Of a DNA stretch of 64,000 nt, positions 13,301 to 25,300 are shown piece after piece. Positions within the stretch are counted from its first letter, which is position 1. Each line of letters opens with the position of its first letter. Location: assembly GCF_964355755.1 (NCBI RefSeq), contig NC_092675.1:17828912-17892911 (forward strand). The letters run 5' to 3'. The DNA comes from Antedon mediterranea. Lineage: Eukaryota > Animalia > Echinodermata. A program made the position numbers and the translations under genes. The notes under the pieces were generated by a model, which had not been told where the DNA came from, ran no database searches, and was given only the letters and a program-made list of their open reading frames with translations.

Positions 13301-16300
13301 GTAACACTTTAGATTAATAAAACTCTTCTTGTAAATAAAGCAAAGGTAAAGAAGAACTTTTTTTTCATTCGTAATCTATTTAATTTCTGCTGATATTTCC
13401 ATCAGAATGCAGAGGAATAGGAATTCTAAAAGTATTTGAACTAAGGACCATGGTTAGCAAGCATATTAACCAACAAGTATTTGTGTCTTGGTTAAATATT
13501 ACTTCCTTGATTTTGGAAATTGTGGATATTTGCACATTATAAATCTTATTATCTTATCTTTTGAAGTAGCTAAATTAGCAAGTTAAAAAACAATAAAAAG
13601 AGAGAAGTATTTACCAACATTCACATAACGAGAATAATCGTTCATAACATCAAGTGTTTCTGGGTTGACTAAAATTCCACACCATGGAAATAAGCCTGAA
13701 AAAACAACAGTACATCATAAGCCAAGGTATCCATGTTTTACTGTTAGTAATTGACACATTAAGTACTGTATACAATATATTTATCACTTACCACTACAAG
13801 TTTCAACTTGTTCTCCATTGTAAGTGAAAGGAAAGTTGGCAAGTGTCTTATCAAAGCGAACTTTACAACCAAACCCTTCAATTCCTAGAAAATTAATAAT
13901 TATTACAGTTGTATTTTTTGTTTTTTCTACAATTTTTCTTACGAGAGAGCTTTCACTGAAATTCCACCCTGTTTATAGACAGATGGAGATATACCAATAA
14001 AGCTGGTTTTCCATTTGGACACAATGCAAGAGGATGGGATTGGTTAACTCACTTGCGTTGCGCATACATTGTTGCATTGCGTCCAAGTGGCAACCAAGCT
14101 TAAACCTTTGTTCCCGTTATGATCCAAAGTAATGTGTCTATATAGTAGAGGAAAAATGGAGCAAAAAAAAAAATTAACCGGCAAATTAACATGTATAAAT
14201 ATGTTCTAGGATATATTGGGGTCATAAAAATGGATGATTTAATTTTTGGTTGCAATACACTCCAATCTTTAGGTCTATCTTATTACTAATCGTCCAATCG
14301 CAAGCGACAATTTGAATTATCAGTCCTTTGTGATTGGGTTAAACTAATTGCGGTAGGCACCCAAACTTATACAAATTATCTTTACCATTTTTAGAACTAA
14401 ACACATACAAGATGAGTAGTGGAGTTTTAAAGTGGTTCCTACTATCTAGTTCTTTGTTTTGCTGTTATTGAAAATGCCAAACCAAGTTATAAAATTGTTT
14501 TAAATAGTTTTTTTCAACTTACCAGGAAGTAGTACATTCAAGAAGTGTTCAGCTTTCTTTTTGTCTCTAGTCACAAATAAGTAGTCATCTGTTTGACGGA
14601 CTAGAATCTTTAAATTATAAACACAAAATTTGGGGCTTTTTTAAATCAAAGAAATGCATGGTTTGTGGGAAATTCAAACAAATTTTAACTCTAATTATCA
14701 AACTTCTTTCAGGTGCCGACATAGATCTCAAGTGGGGTAACTTAATTTTTTTTTTATGACTGACGTCTGTGAACGACAATGTCAATTAGTATTACATTCA
14801 TCTGAATGATGCATGAAACTAAGCTAGGACTGTTAAAGCACCTTGATTGGTCCTAACATTGATCAAGGGCTTCTCCCTCGTCCAGTGCCCACCGTGACCA
14901 GAGGAAAGGCATAAGCCAATACAGATGCAGGGGCTGCCATAAAAGTCAGCACCCGATATTCCCAGGTGGTCTCCCATCGAAGCTCTAACCAGGCTCAACG
15001 TTGCTTAACTTTGGTGATCTGATGAGAACCGGTGTTTCAACATGGTAAATCCGTATTTGTAACTTTAATAATTACAGGAATATTGGTATTATGATAACAT
15101 AACTTGTTGTAAACTTGCAAGTTTGTAAGCAATGCACAGATGTTTTTAATTTGCCAGCTTTTTTAAATGTGTGCTATTACAGTAGGACTCTATTAAGGGG
15201 ACAGTTGAAATATATGTTTCAACACTACTTGGGAACTTCTAGTCACTATCCAAAAATTGTCCTTTTGAATTTTCTATGCAATATTTTAAAAGTAAATTAA
15301 TAATTTAATCTCATAATCTTTAAATTGATTTTTGGCTTGGGTTAAAGTTTATCAGATAGCCTGTCAAGATGGTTTAAAATGTTATTTTTTTCAATTACTT
15401 AATACATAATTTTCATAAATACCCCAAATAGAGGAATAAGCAAATTTATGATTTTTTTTGATAATACATACATACAGTGCACATTTATTGCTCTATTAAT
15501 ATATTGTATTGCTAAATTGAGGGAATGAATTCATTTACCCCATCGTCAGCAATACTATAAAGGTGACATAACTCCATATACCCATAGTAGAGTGAAGTAA
15601 AGATAGCTGAAGTGCTGCCACCTTGATCGATCCCACATTGACGGATAAAATAACGTCCGCCTATCTGTATTTGAGATAAAGTGTAAACAAACAAATATTG
15701 TATACATACATACGATACATGCTCGAAAAAAAAAAGTGGATGAATTAATATAATTTGGTTACATTACTACACTGGGTACAAGAGTGGGTATGTGTGGATC
15801 CCACTCTCTATAGGAGCCTATTTTCAACATTAAGGTCAACTTTTAATTGTCTTAACTTAAACTTATAATCCTATTTTTGGGGGTTTCATGGGTTAAAATC
15901 AATCCAACATAGTAAGTATAGGAAAGGTGATGATTTGACAATAATTTTAATGATAATATGAGTTGCATCTGCATTATTAAACTAATCAACAACAAAAATT
16001 AATAAAAATAATTATTTAGCATATCTTTTAAAACAAAATAATATAAAGAACACAAAAATACCTTTACTATATTGTGCATTAACAGCTGTTTCAAAATAGC
16101 AACGATTTCTCTGGAATCATAAAACTTTGTCCAAACCTTTGAAAGTATAAAGTACCTTGAATTATTAAAACATCAAACAACTACATTTAATTAAATTGGA
16201 TTTCCTTTAAGTTTTTAGGTAATCAACATCTAAACATCCATATGAACATTTATGTCAACATGGAACTGATTGTAACTGGTTATCCAATACTGCATATGCA

Positions 16301-19300
16301 ACGTGATTCATAATTGAAAGAGGAATCAGTGTCTGTGTGCGCTTTTGTTGACTCGATTCAAAGCTTTCAGTTGTGTTTAGTTCTTTTCAATTTCAACTGA
16401 AATGTGTCTGTCAACTTATTTTGACAATGACTTTACACATTTCATTAAGAAATACTTGTAGTAAAAAAAAACCCAAGAGCATATACATGGCTGTAGTCGC
16501 ATGCTTAAATTTGAGTTAGTGTTTACCGACCAACCATCCGACATAGTGATCTGTAGAGTCGCATTGAACGCGACTAAAAACGTTTGGATTACTTTAAAAT
16601 GTTTGTAGGTACACTGGGTATTATCATTGTTATTTAAAACTCTATTGATATCATCATCGTTAAAACGAGGGAAGACTAAAATTAGTACAAGTAAAATTTC
16701 CAAAAATATTGTTTAAATTATTCTTTCCTAGATTCAAAAAAAGAAAATAAAATCTCACCTTATTTATAAAGACATTGTTACTATTGTGGTTATTTTTAGC
16801 CACAAAAGTAATATAATCAGCTCTGTATTTCGCCATGTTGAATCCTATTCTTTTATAGTTTATGTTGACTTTATTGCATTGCCTAGCAACAACAGTATAG
16901 GGTTCAACAACAAAAAATCCTGCCTATAGAAAAAAACTTTATTTAAAAAAGGTTTGGTATTTTCATATGATCAATCTAGTTATATTCAGCACCTGAAGAA
17001 CATTCAATAAAATTAGGTTAACATGTTCAGTTAAAATAGCTTATTGATCAGACACTCTGGACACTCTCAATTTGTGATTGTTTGTGGACCATCCAGTATT
17101 GTATGTTGAATGGTAGTAACTATCAGGCCATCTGTGCCAACGACACCGTCAAACTATCATTAAGTATCTGCATGCTAGACTGTGCATCCAACAGCCAACC
17201 TGGTGCATAAGACTATTCTGGCACAGTCCGCTGTGCCTATATAAACTTTAAATTACATGCACATGCCTATAGCCTCATCCATGTTTCATCCAATGGCATT
17301 GTTGACTGGTTGCTCTATGCTAATCACAAATATATTATATTCAGCCCTAACCCATTTTAGCTAGATTCAAATAGACAAAACTTACAGCTTTTTCAAGCGT
17401 TGTTGTAATAATAGTAAGCAACCTATCTGGCAAGATTGAGTCAAAACATTTCTGGATGTCCGTTTTCACAAAATATAATGGTCTGTTAAGATAAGTACAT
17501 TTGTGTTCAACATAGATACTCCAATTATTCACCCATTTAATCAATAAAGTAGAATCCTATTAAGGGGACACCTTCGGGACCAAATAAAGATAAAGGTTAT
17601 CTGCAGTTTTAAAACGTATATTGCCCTTCCTTCTTTTCACAGAAAGGTCTCATCTTAATAGGGGTGTCCCCTAAATGAGGAGCCCCAAAGGGTGGGTTCC
17701 ACTGTACTTGTAATACAAAAAAAACAAAACATGGAACAATGGTAAGGTACTCAGTTAGTACAGGCATTAACACATTGACTGCCAATGCATTTTCCGTAAT
17801 TTCTGTCCCAGTGCCAAGTCCCGTTTACATATTAAATTACAGTTTGAAAGTGTAAAATCTGGTCACAGACTATCATGATGTCATTCAAAATATTTTTAGA
17901 TTATCGTTTACGTACATCATTCATAAACTGCCATGCGATAATTCCTGTTCCAATCACCACTGCCAGCGATTCTACATACAATACAAAAGTGCTACGATTT
18001 TGACGTAGTAATACGTCTTGGCAAGTAGCGACACGCAATTTTTGACGTATAAATACGCCGTGGCAGTGAACGTGTTAAGTCATTATTGCCTGTCATGTGA
18101 ATGATAAAGGTTATCTTTCTCCTGTGTACTTTCAAGGTACAGTATTACCAATGTGGCTGCCTAGAGAATGTAAAGGGCCGAATTCCATTTCATAAATTTC
18201 CAGCTAAACTGAGTACCACAAAATATATTTTATTTACTTTCAGCTGTAGAAGATATGCCATATATACCTTTTTGTGGCAGTGCTATGATGAGATAGAACA
18301 AACTTTTTCCATCGTGGGTAGAAATCTGAAAAGCCTTTCAGAGATGCTCCTATCATAGAAGGATAATTCCTCTACAGAATAAATTAAGACAAAACAAATT
18401 GAAAAGTTTAAAGTATGCATTTTGAAAGCCTTTAGAGATAAGGGCATTAAAGTATGAAGGAAACAATAGACGTTAAAGAAGTAGTGTTTAACTACAATGA
18501 TAAGGAAATTACACAAAATGTTTAACAAGCTAGGCCAATGGTATTTAAACTTTAAGCAGCGATACCACTTACCACAATGCCAGTAAGAATATCAAACACT
18601 ACCCTCTGGTTTGACAGGGCCTAGAAACAAAACAAAAACAAGGCTAATTTAACAGTATTTCAACACAGGGCCAGGGCCATATTAGAGTATATTGCCATGT
18701 GGGTTGTTGATTTTACCCATATTATTATGTTTTCTTATAAATGCAGAACAATGGTAACTTGTATGTATTTAAAAAAATTATTTATCTCCATTTTCCTAAG
18801 TGAGCAATTGGGCCAAATATATGTACTGTAGAAACTGTGAACATTCTGTAGAACTTGATTATCCTGTAAACAAGTTACAATTCTAGCCAGACAATGGTTT
18901 AATAGCATTCAAGATTATGATCAAAATGAAAATAAATTGTTTGTAAACTGTTATTACCCTTAACATTATAATGAATTTATATTTTGCTTACTTTTTTCCC
19001 AGACACTCTGGTGTTTACTATCGGCCGGCAACTTGACTGCTTAGGAACAAATCTCAAATTTGACAGTCCGCATTTATACTTGGCCAAGTACTTCGTAGCA
19101 TCCGTCTAGATTGAAAAAAGTATTTATAATTGACCAAAATGAAAAATCACAAGTAAAAATCAAAAAGCTAGATCTCTTCAGAAAAAAAAAGTGTGCTGCC
19201 CAAATCGTGTATCTTTGCTCACAACTATATTAACAAGAGTCATGCAATACACAACAATCAGGATTGGTAGGTATGATGGACACAGCAACAAAACTACCAA

Positions 19301-22300
19301 ATACCGTTTAATGAAAAACTAACTGGGAACAGAACAATAATTTAAGCAACTCAAAATTGTAGTTATGGATCATCATGCGCATTTTACCTTATTTATTGCC
19401 TTGAATGTCCCATTCTTCAACTCACCTTTTGTGGTAAATATAAAAGAAATAAAATTATTATAAATAAAAGTCTTAACAATAAAACAGGGAGCTTTTGATT
19501 TGTGATGAGTGACGACCAACTTAGGTCAGGTCAATTGATGTGTCGCTGGTCATCGCCTACACATGTCCCAATATATCCACATACACAATAATTAATTAAC
19601 ATGACATATTTTTGGAGTATTTTGGGAAGGTTTCGATTCTAAATAAACAAATTTAAAATAATGTATATAAGTAAATACAATATTACTCTCTCTTATTTTA
19701 GAATACTATTCTATTTTATATAAATAAATAATTACTTTCTAATGCCAATTTATGAATTTTATTCCAGACAACTTTGCGATAAAACACCAGCTCATGTCTT
19801 GATACATGCGTTTCTGTGACATAAAATGAAGTCTATAAAATGAAAACAAAAATGAATACTATTAAAAAACTGTATAGAAATACAGAAGAACCCTATAAAG
19901 GGGAAACCCCTAGGACTCAACAAAGTGTCCTAATAGTGGTGTCCCCTGAATACAGGTTGGCTGTTAAAACAAGCCTTTTTCGCTTTACAATTCCCGTAAT
20001 TAGGGGTGTCTCAAATAAGGGGTGCTACTGTGAGTATACAGTACAAAAGGGTGAAAGATATTATATACAGTCAACCCTCTCAATACCGGACTCTCTGAAA
20101 ACGGGAAACTTTTTTTGAGGTCCAAATGTCCCAAATTAATTTTTACAATTAGAAACCCATTCTGAATACCAGACTTTCCAGAAATCCAGACATGTTAAGC
20201 CAGCACAAAGGTGTCTGGTATTGGGAGAGTTGACTGTTATAAGCTTCTTCTTTGTAAATGTATTATTTGACATGCATTTGCTTGACCCACCACACCGTAG
20301 CATATATGTTTTTGTACAACTAGGCAAGCATGGATACAATGTTGCAATGAAAATGTCTTTAGCAACATCTTTTTTCTTTTATTTTGGTAGGATAGGATAA
20401 ACAGATGCCATTTTCACTCAAGCTCCTGTGAATACTGTTCCGGGAGCTTCAAAGTGCTGGAAAACAGATTGGCGTAAATGTGTTATCTCAGAATATTTTA
20501 TGCATCATTTTTGTGTGTAAAGTCTATTATTATTATTATTATTACTATGCACATGCCAAGTGGCTGTGTATCTTACAAAAACAATGAAAGATATAACAAT
20601 AAATAAATAATAATAATAAAAATTAAATCATATACATTACATGTAACAGTTGCATCACATAGCCATTCATGATCCAGTAATATAGGTCATGTACCATTTC
20701 TTTTTGTTTGTTTATTATGGTTTTCAGAATTTCGTTTGTACCACTTGTTGTATCAAAATCCAAAAATACCCACTCACAATCAGTTACCTATAAATGGTAT
20801 AAAATAGCATATGTTAAATATATTTATTCTGGTCCTCAAGCTTAACTAGAAACAGAAGAAATTCGGATTAGGCCCTCCATGTACCCACGGCAGCCAGCAC
20901 TGGAGCATCTACCAGATCAGCACACTGGGAGATGATACCCTACTCTTGTCGAATAGTGTACCAAATTCTTTAACAGCTTTACATTCCACCCAAAGGATGA
21001 GGCAATGAGAGTAAGGCATCTTGCCTAAGGATGCAATCAGTATGGTGCAGATAGACTCAAACCCATGCCTATCACATGCTAATTCGATACTATCACTACA
21101 CCATTCCTCTTCGGTATATACAGCACCCGCCGCTATTCCAAAAAATGGTCTCCCATCCATCAATGCAACCCAGCCCAACATTGCTTAACTTCTTAATCTT
21201 ATGTTTATTAACTACCGACATTGGCAATTTATGTATAGTTATGGGACACAATTTGGTTGATTTTAGGTCCAGGTCACAACAGCAGACATTTACTAGCACA
21301 TTCTTTAAAACATTTGTAGAACAATGAAATGACAGTTAATATCTGGACACTAAAATAATAAAAATTAATAAATAATATTAGGTCACCTTTATTTTACTAG
21401 TCAGCTCCTGTATGTTTATTTTCTCCAATCTTCCAAGCGATAGAAACATTTTAACATCTTTGTTTATTAAGGGAAAAGGGCACTTAATTAAAAATACTTT
21501 AATATGATGATTGATGGTAACAAAGTATGTAACAGAAAAAATTAAACACCAAAATTAAAGGGCCCAGGCCAACTGGTCCGTTTGGATCTACATATGAATA
21601 TCTTTCCAAAGTCACTGGGGCTACAATACTGTCAATGGTAAACTTCCAGCATCAACAGTTAACATTTTCAAAGGATACAACTAAGAAATGCATTTCTGTT
21701 TGACTTGGAGCCCCATATTTGCAATGGAATGTTCTGAAGGAGTCGGTTCTTTACAAAAGCATAAACCTCCTCTTTGGTTGAGGTCATTCCAATCAGAGCC
21801 TCCATGTCATCTGGCATTGTAAACTGACGACATACTTTCTTTTTTGTTCCTTTTAAAAAGAATTAAATTTAAAATTATATATTGGAACTTACAGTGCAGA
21901 CATGATACCATGAGCTCACAACCAATGGTGCCTGAAGTGCCCTTTTCAAACTAGAGACAAGAAGTGGAAGTGAAAGTAAATAGGCCTACCTAACCTACCT
22001 CATGGTAATTCTTTTTGGCAAAATCCTGGCCATGGACTTATTTCCTTTAGGTATAATGACATTGCCTACATCTGGTCATCAACTTACACTTGATCCTGTA
22101 GCCAAATGTTTGAGGGGTGAGACACTATTTTTAACCAGGTGCACATAATTGTGGTAGAACACCTTTATCTGTAAGCAAACTTGTGACTCCAGTACTATTA
22201 AAGTTCACTTATAGTAATATCGAAGTCTATTGAAATTCAAATTTATATTTATTTAAATACCTTTGCACTTAAATTTAGTAGAAGGATCCTCTTCTTCTAA

Positions 22301-25300
22301 ACAATTTGGAACTTTACAAAAGATATCAAGAAAACGGAGAGGTGAACAATACCTGAAATGAAAACATTCTAACAATCTCTGTTATGTCAATTATAAATAC
22401 AGTACACATAAATAGGTAACTTACAACACTGTGGGTAAAAGTGGCTGTATCTCAATTAAGATATTATTGTGATATGCCATAAATAGAAAGTGACCAACAG
22501 ATTCTAGAGAAGACCTATTAAAAGAGAAGCCTAAAACTCTTTTGTTTTCATGATGAACATGCAAAACATTATAAATTAAGTGAAAAAAACAAATGGTCAT
22601 ATTAATGGTAGTATAGATTTTTAAAGAAATTATTAACTGGCCATGATTCATTTCTATTTTGTGAATGATAAATACAGTTACGGTTGAAGAATGTACTCAC
22701 TGGTGTCGTTTCAGAAATTCTCTTAACAGCTCTTCAATCTTTATATAACGTTTTGGAATTCTTTTGTTCTTCTAAAAAAAATTAACAACTATAGTAATAT
22801 ACAAACCATAATCCTAATTTAGTATATGTTGTTAAATTATAAATCAATTACATATTTTGTGTGATATATAAATATTGATAATGATCTGGATAAAAAGTTT
22901 CTTGTCAGACCATGCACATGAATTCAACGCACCACTTGTGCAAAAGACTAAAACGCGTAAAACTGAACGCTATTTTTACTTTTCTATATAAATGTTAGAG
23001 AGTATTGTCACAGTACCAGAAGTCCAATGACTCCTAAAGACACATGTGCAAGTTTTCCAATAAGTGATGTAATTAACATTAATAATATAAAACTATATGT
23101 AAAATTTAAGCATTAATTACATTTTTCTTTTTACTTCCACTGAAAAAAATGGAAGTCAAAAGCTGACGGACAGACCGTTGGCTAATGGGCCTCTCAAGTA
23201 CACCTGAAAGAAAAACATTACAGGAAAAAGTTATTTGAGTACATAAAAATGGTATCTTGGTTTTGTATAAGCAATATAAGATTGGAATATGGCATTAAAG
23301 AAATGTTCATATTACAAGAAGTTCTTTACATAGTACAAATAGTATTACATTCTTATTGGAATTTATGAAAGTAAACAAACAAAATAAATATTTACTGTAC
23401 TTTAGATAAAAAATGATTATTGGTTTGGGATTTCTTTGGTAGTTTTTGTCATTAAATCCTGTTTTCACTAGGTAAATCTATTTTCACAAATTAATTCTGT
23501 GCTTCGATTAGTTGCACTTTTTTTCAAACGAATGCTTTTGATTCCAACTACAGCACTTACTAGAACTATTTATTTTCTCAACACCACTTTTATTATAGCA
23601 AATCTTGATGGGCAGGAAACATCTATCATCTGGTTTAGAGGGAGTAACCTTGCTTAATTCCTCCCACCTTTTTTCTTTTATTTCAGAGAGAAAATGTTTC
23701 TTAAACTTCTTTTGTTGAATGTAATGGTTTTTTTCTTCTTCTTCTTTCTTCTTTTTGGAATCATTTAAATGATGTTTGAATTTCTTCAAGGGTGTAACAT
23801 CTTCATAACATCCTTTTCTTTTGAGGTCTTTTGAATCAGGATTCTTCACATCAGATCCAGTTTCTTTTTCAATTCTTCGCCTTTTCTGTAACACATATTC
23901 TACTACTGTTGGTTTTATGCCAGAAATTGGTTTTCCTTAAAAAAAAAGTTTTTTCATTCAAAGGTTTGTTTATAAAGGATTAATTATAAAAAATGATACT
24001 TGAGTACAATATATCATCCTTATCAAATCCTACTTCTTATTTTATATATTCATACATTCAGGCTTACTTGATATATCCGATAAGTTGGTTTCATGAACAA
24101 ATTATCGCTAACTTTGGTGGGGGTAGATAACTGACTGATTTTTTTAAATTTCGTAACTTCAGTCTCCGGAACTATTACTTGGTCTTATACAGTACATTTT
24201 ATTTATTTAAAAAAACATTATGAAAGAAATTAAAAGTGAAGCTTGATTTTAGACATTTAAAAGTTAGGAATAAAATATAAAAAAAATAATTAATTACTGT
24301 ACCTGTAATCTGAACATAAGCACATTTTTTTGATCCACCAGGAATAAATAATGAAGTCCTACAGAGCAAATGCAGCATCAAGTTTTCACCAATCCTACAA
24401 GTTAAATCATAATGCTAAATTATATTCTGTCAGTATTTAGCACATTTTTACAGCTGTTTTGTAGGAAAAACTATTAGAATAGTAGCCAAACAGGAAAAAG
24501 GAAAAGGAGATACAATTGAACATTTTAGGAAAAAAACATTACCGGTAAGTAAAGTGAAACGTGACATTAGCTTGATGACCTTAACAGAAATGTGGTTTTA
24601 CATACAATACCAACTTACCTATTATACAGGGTTTTCCAAACTGGTTTTAATACCGGTCCACAATTGTTTGAAAAATTATGACTTTTTATATTGGAATCGT
24701 CAAAATTTCCTTTTACGTACTGAAATGAAAATGTATTGTATGCAGTTTATTTTATGGACCTTCATAAATGACCTAAAATATTGAAATTAGTATTTTGAAC
24801 ATGTTTAATTTTAAGTTGATGTATTATTATTATTGATGAGCATTGTCTCTAAACTCAAGGAAATGGAAGGAAAGATTTATCCTGAACTAAATTAAATTCG
24901 TACAATCATAAAGGTAATTCTTAACTTTACCCTCAGTCTGAGGAGGCGAGATTGTAGAAGGATATACTTCTTTTGGTCACAACATAACTAAAAACTTAAT
25001 ATCAGTTCATAGATACATCGATTGTACACTTACCTGAAAAAGTCCAAAAGTCAAGACATTTTCTTTCCCTGAGCTCAATAACTTCTAAATGATCAAAAGA
25101 CATTTATAGCATTTAATTTCTCAATAAGTACTGTGCTGCGAAGATTTTTGGCCTACTGTAACCTCCAGATCAGTAGCCTGGCATTGATACCTCTGTTTAT
25201 GCTAAACTAACATGGGCTGATCATATTGGTAGCCTTTCATCAAAAGTTGCCAAACGCATTGGTGTTATACGTCGTATAAAATATTTTATTCCATCAAACA

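Noticed and set aside
17345-17353. CCCTAACCC inside a TERT intron
   Set aside because: Isolated 9-mer, antisense to TERT, with no supporting structure.
18283-18528. ORF-track 81-aa protein overlapping TERT exon 17
   Set aside because: The TERT-homologous translation is in a different frame.
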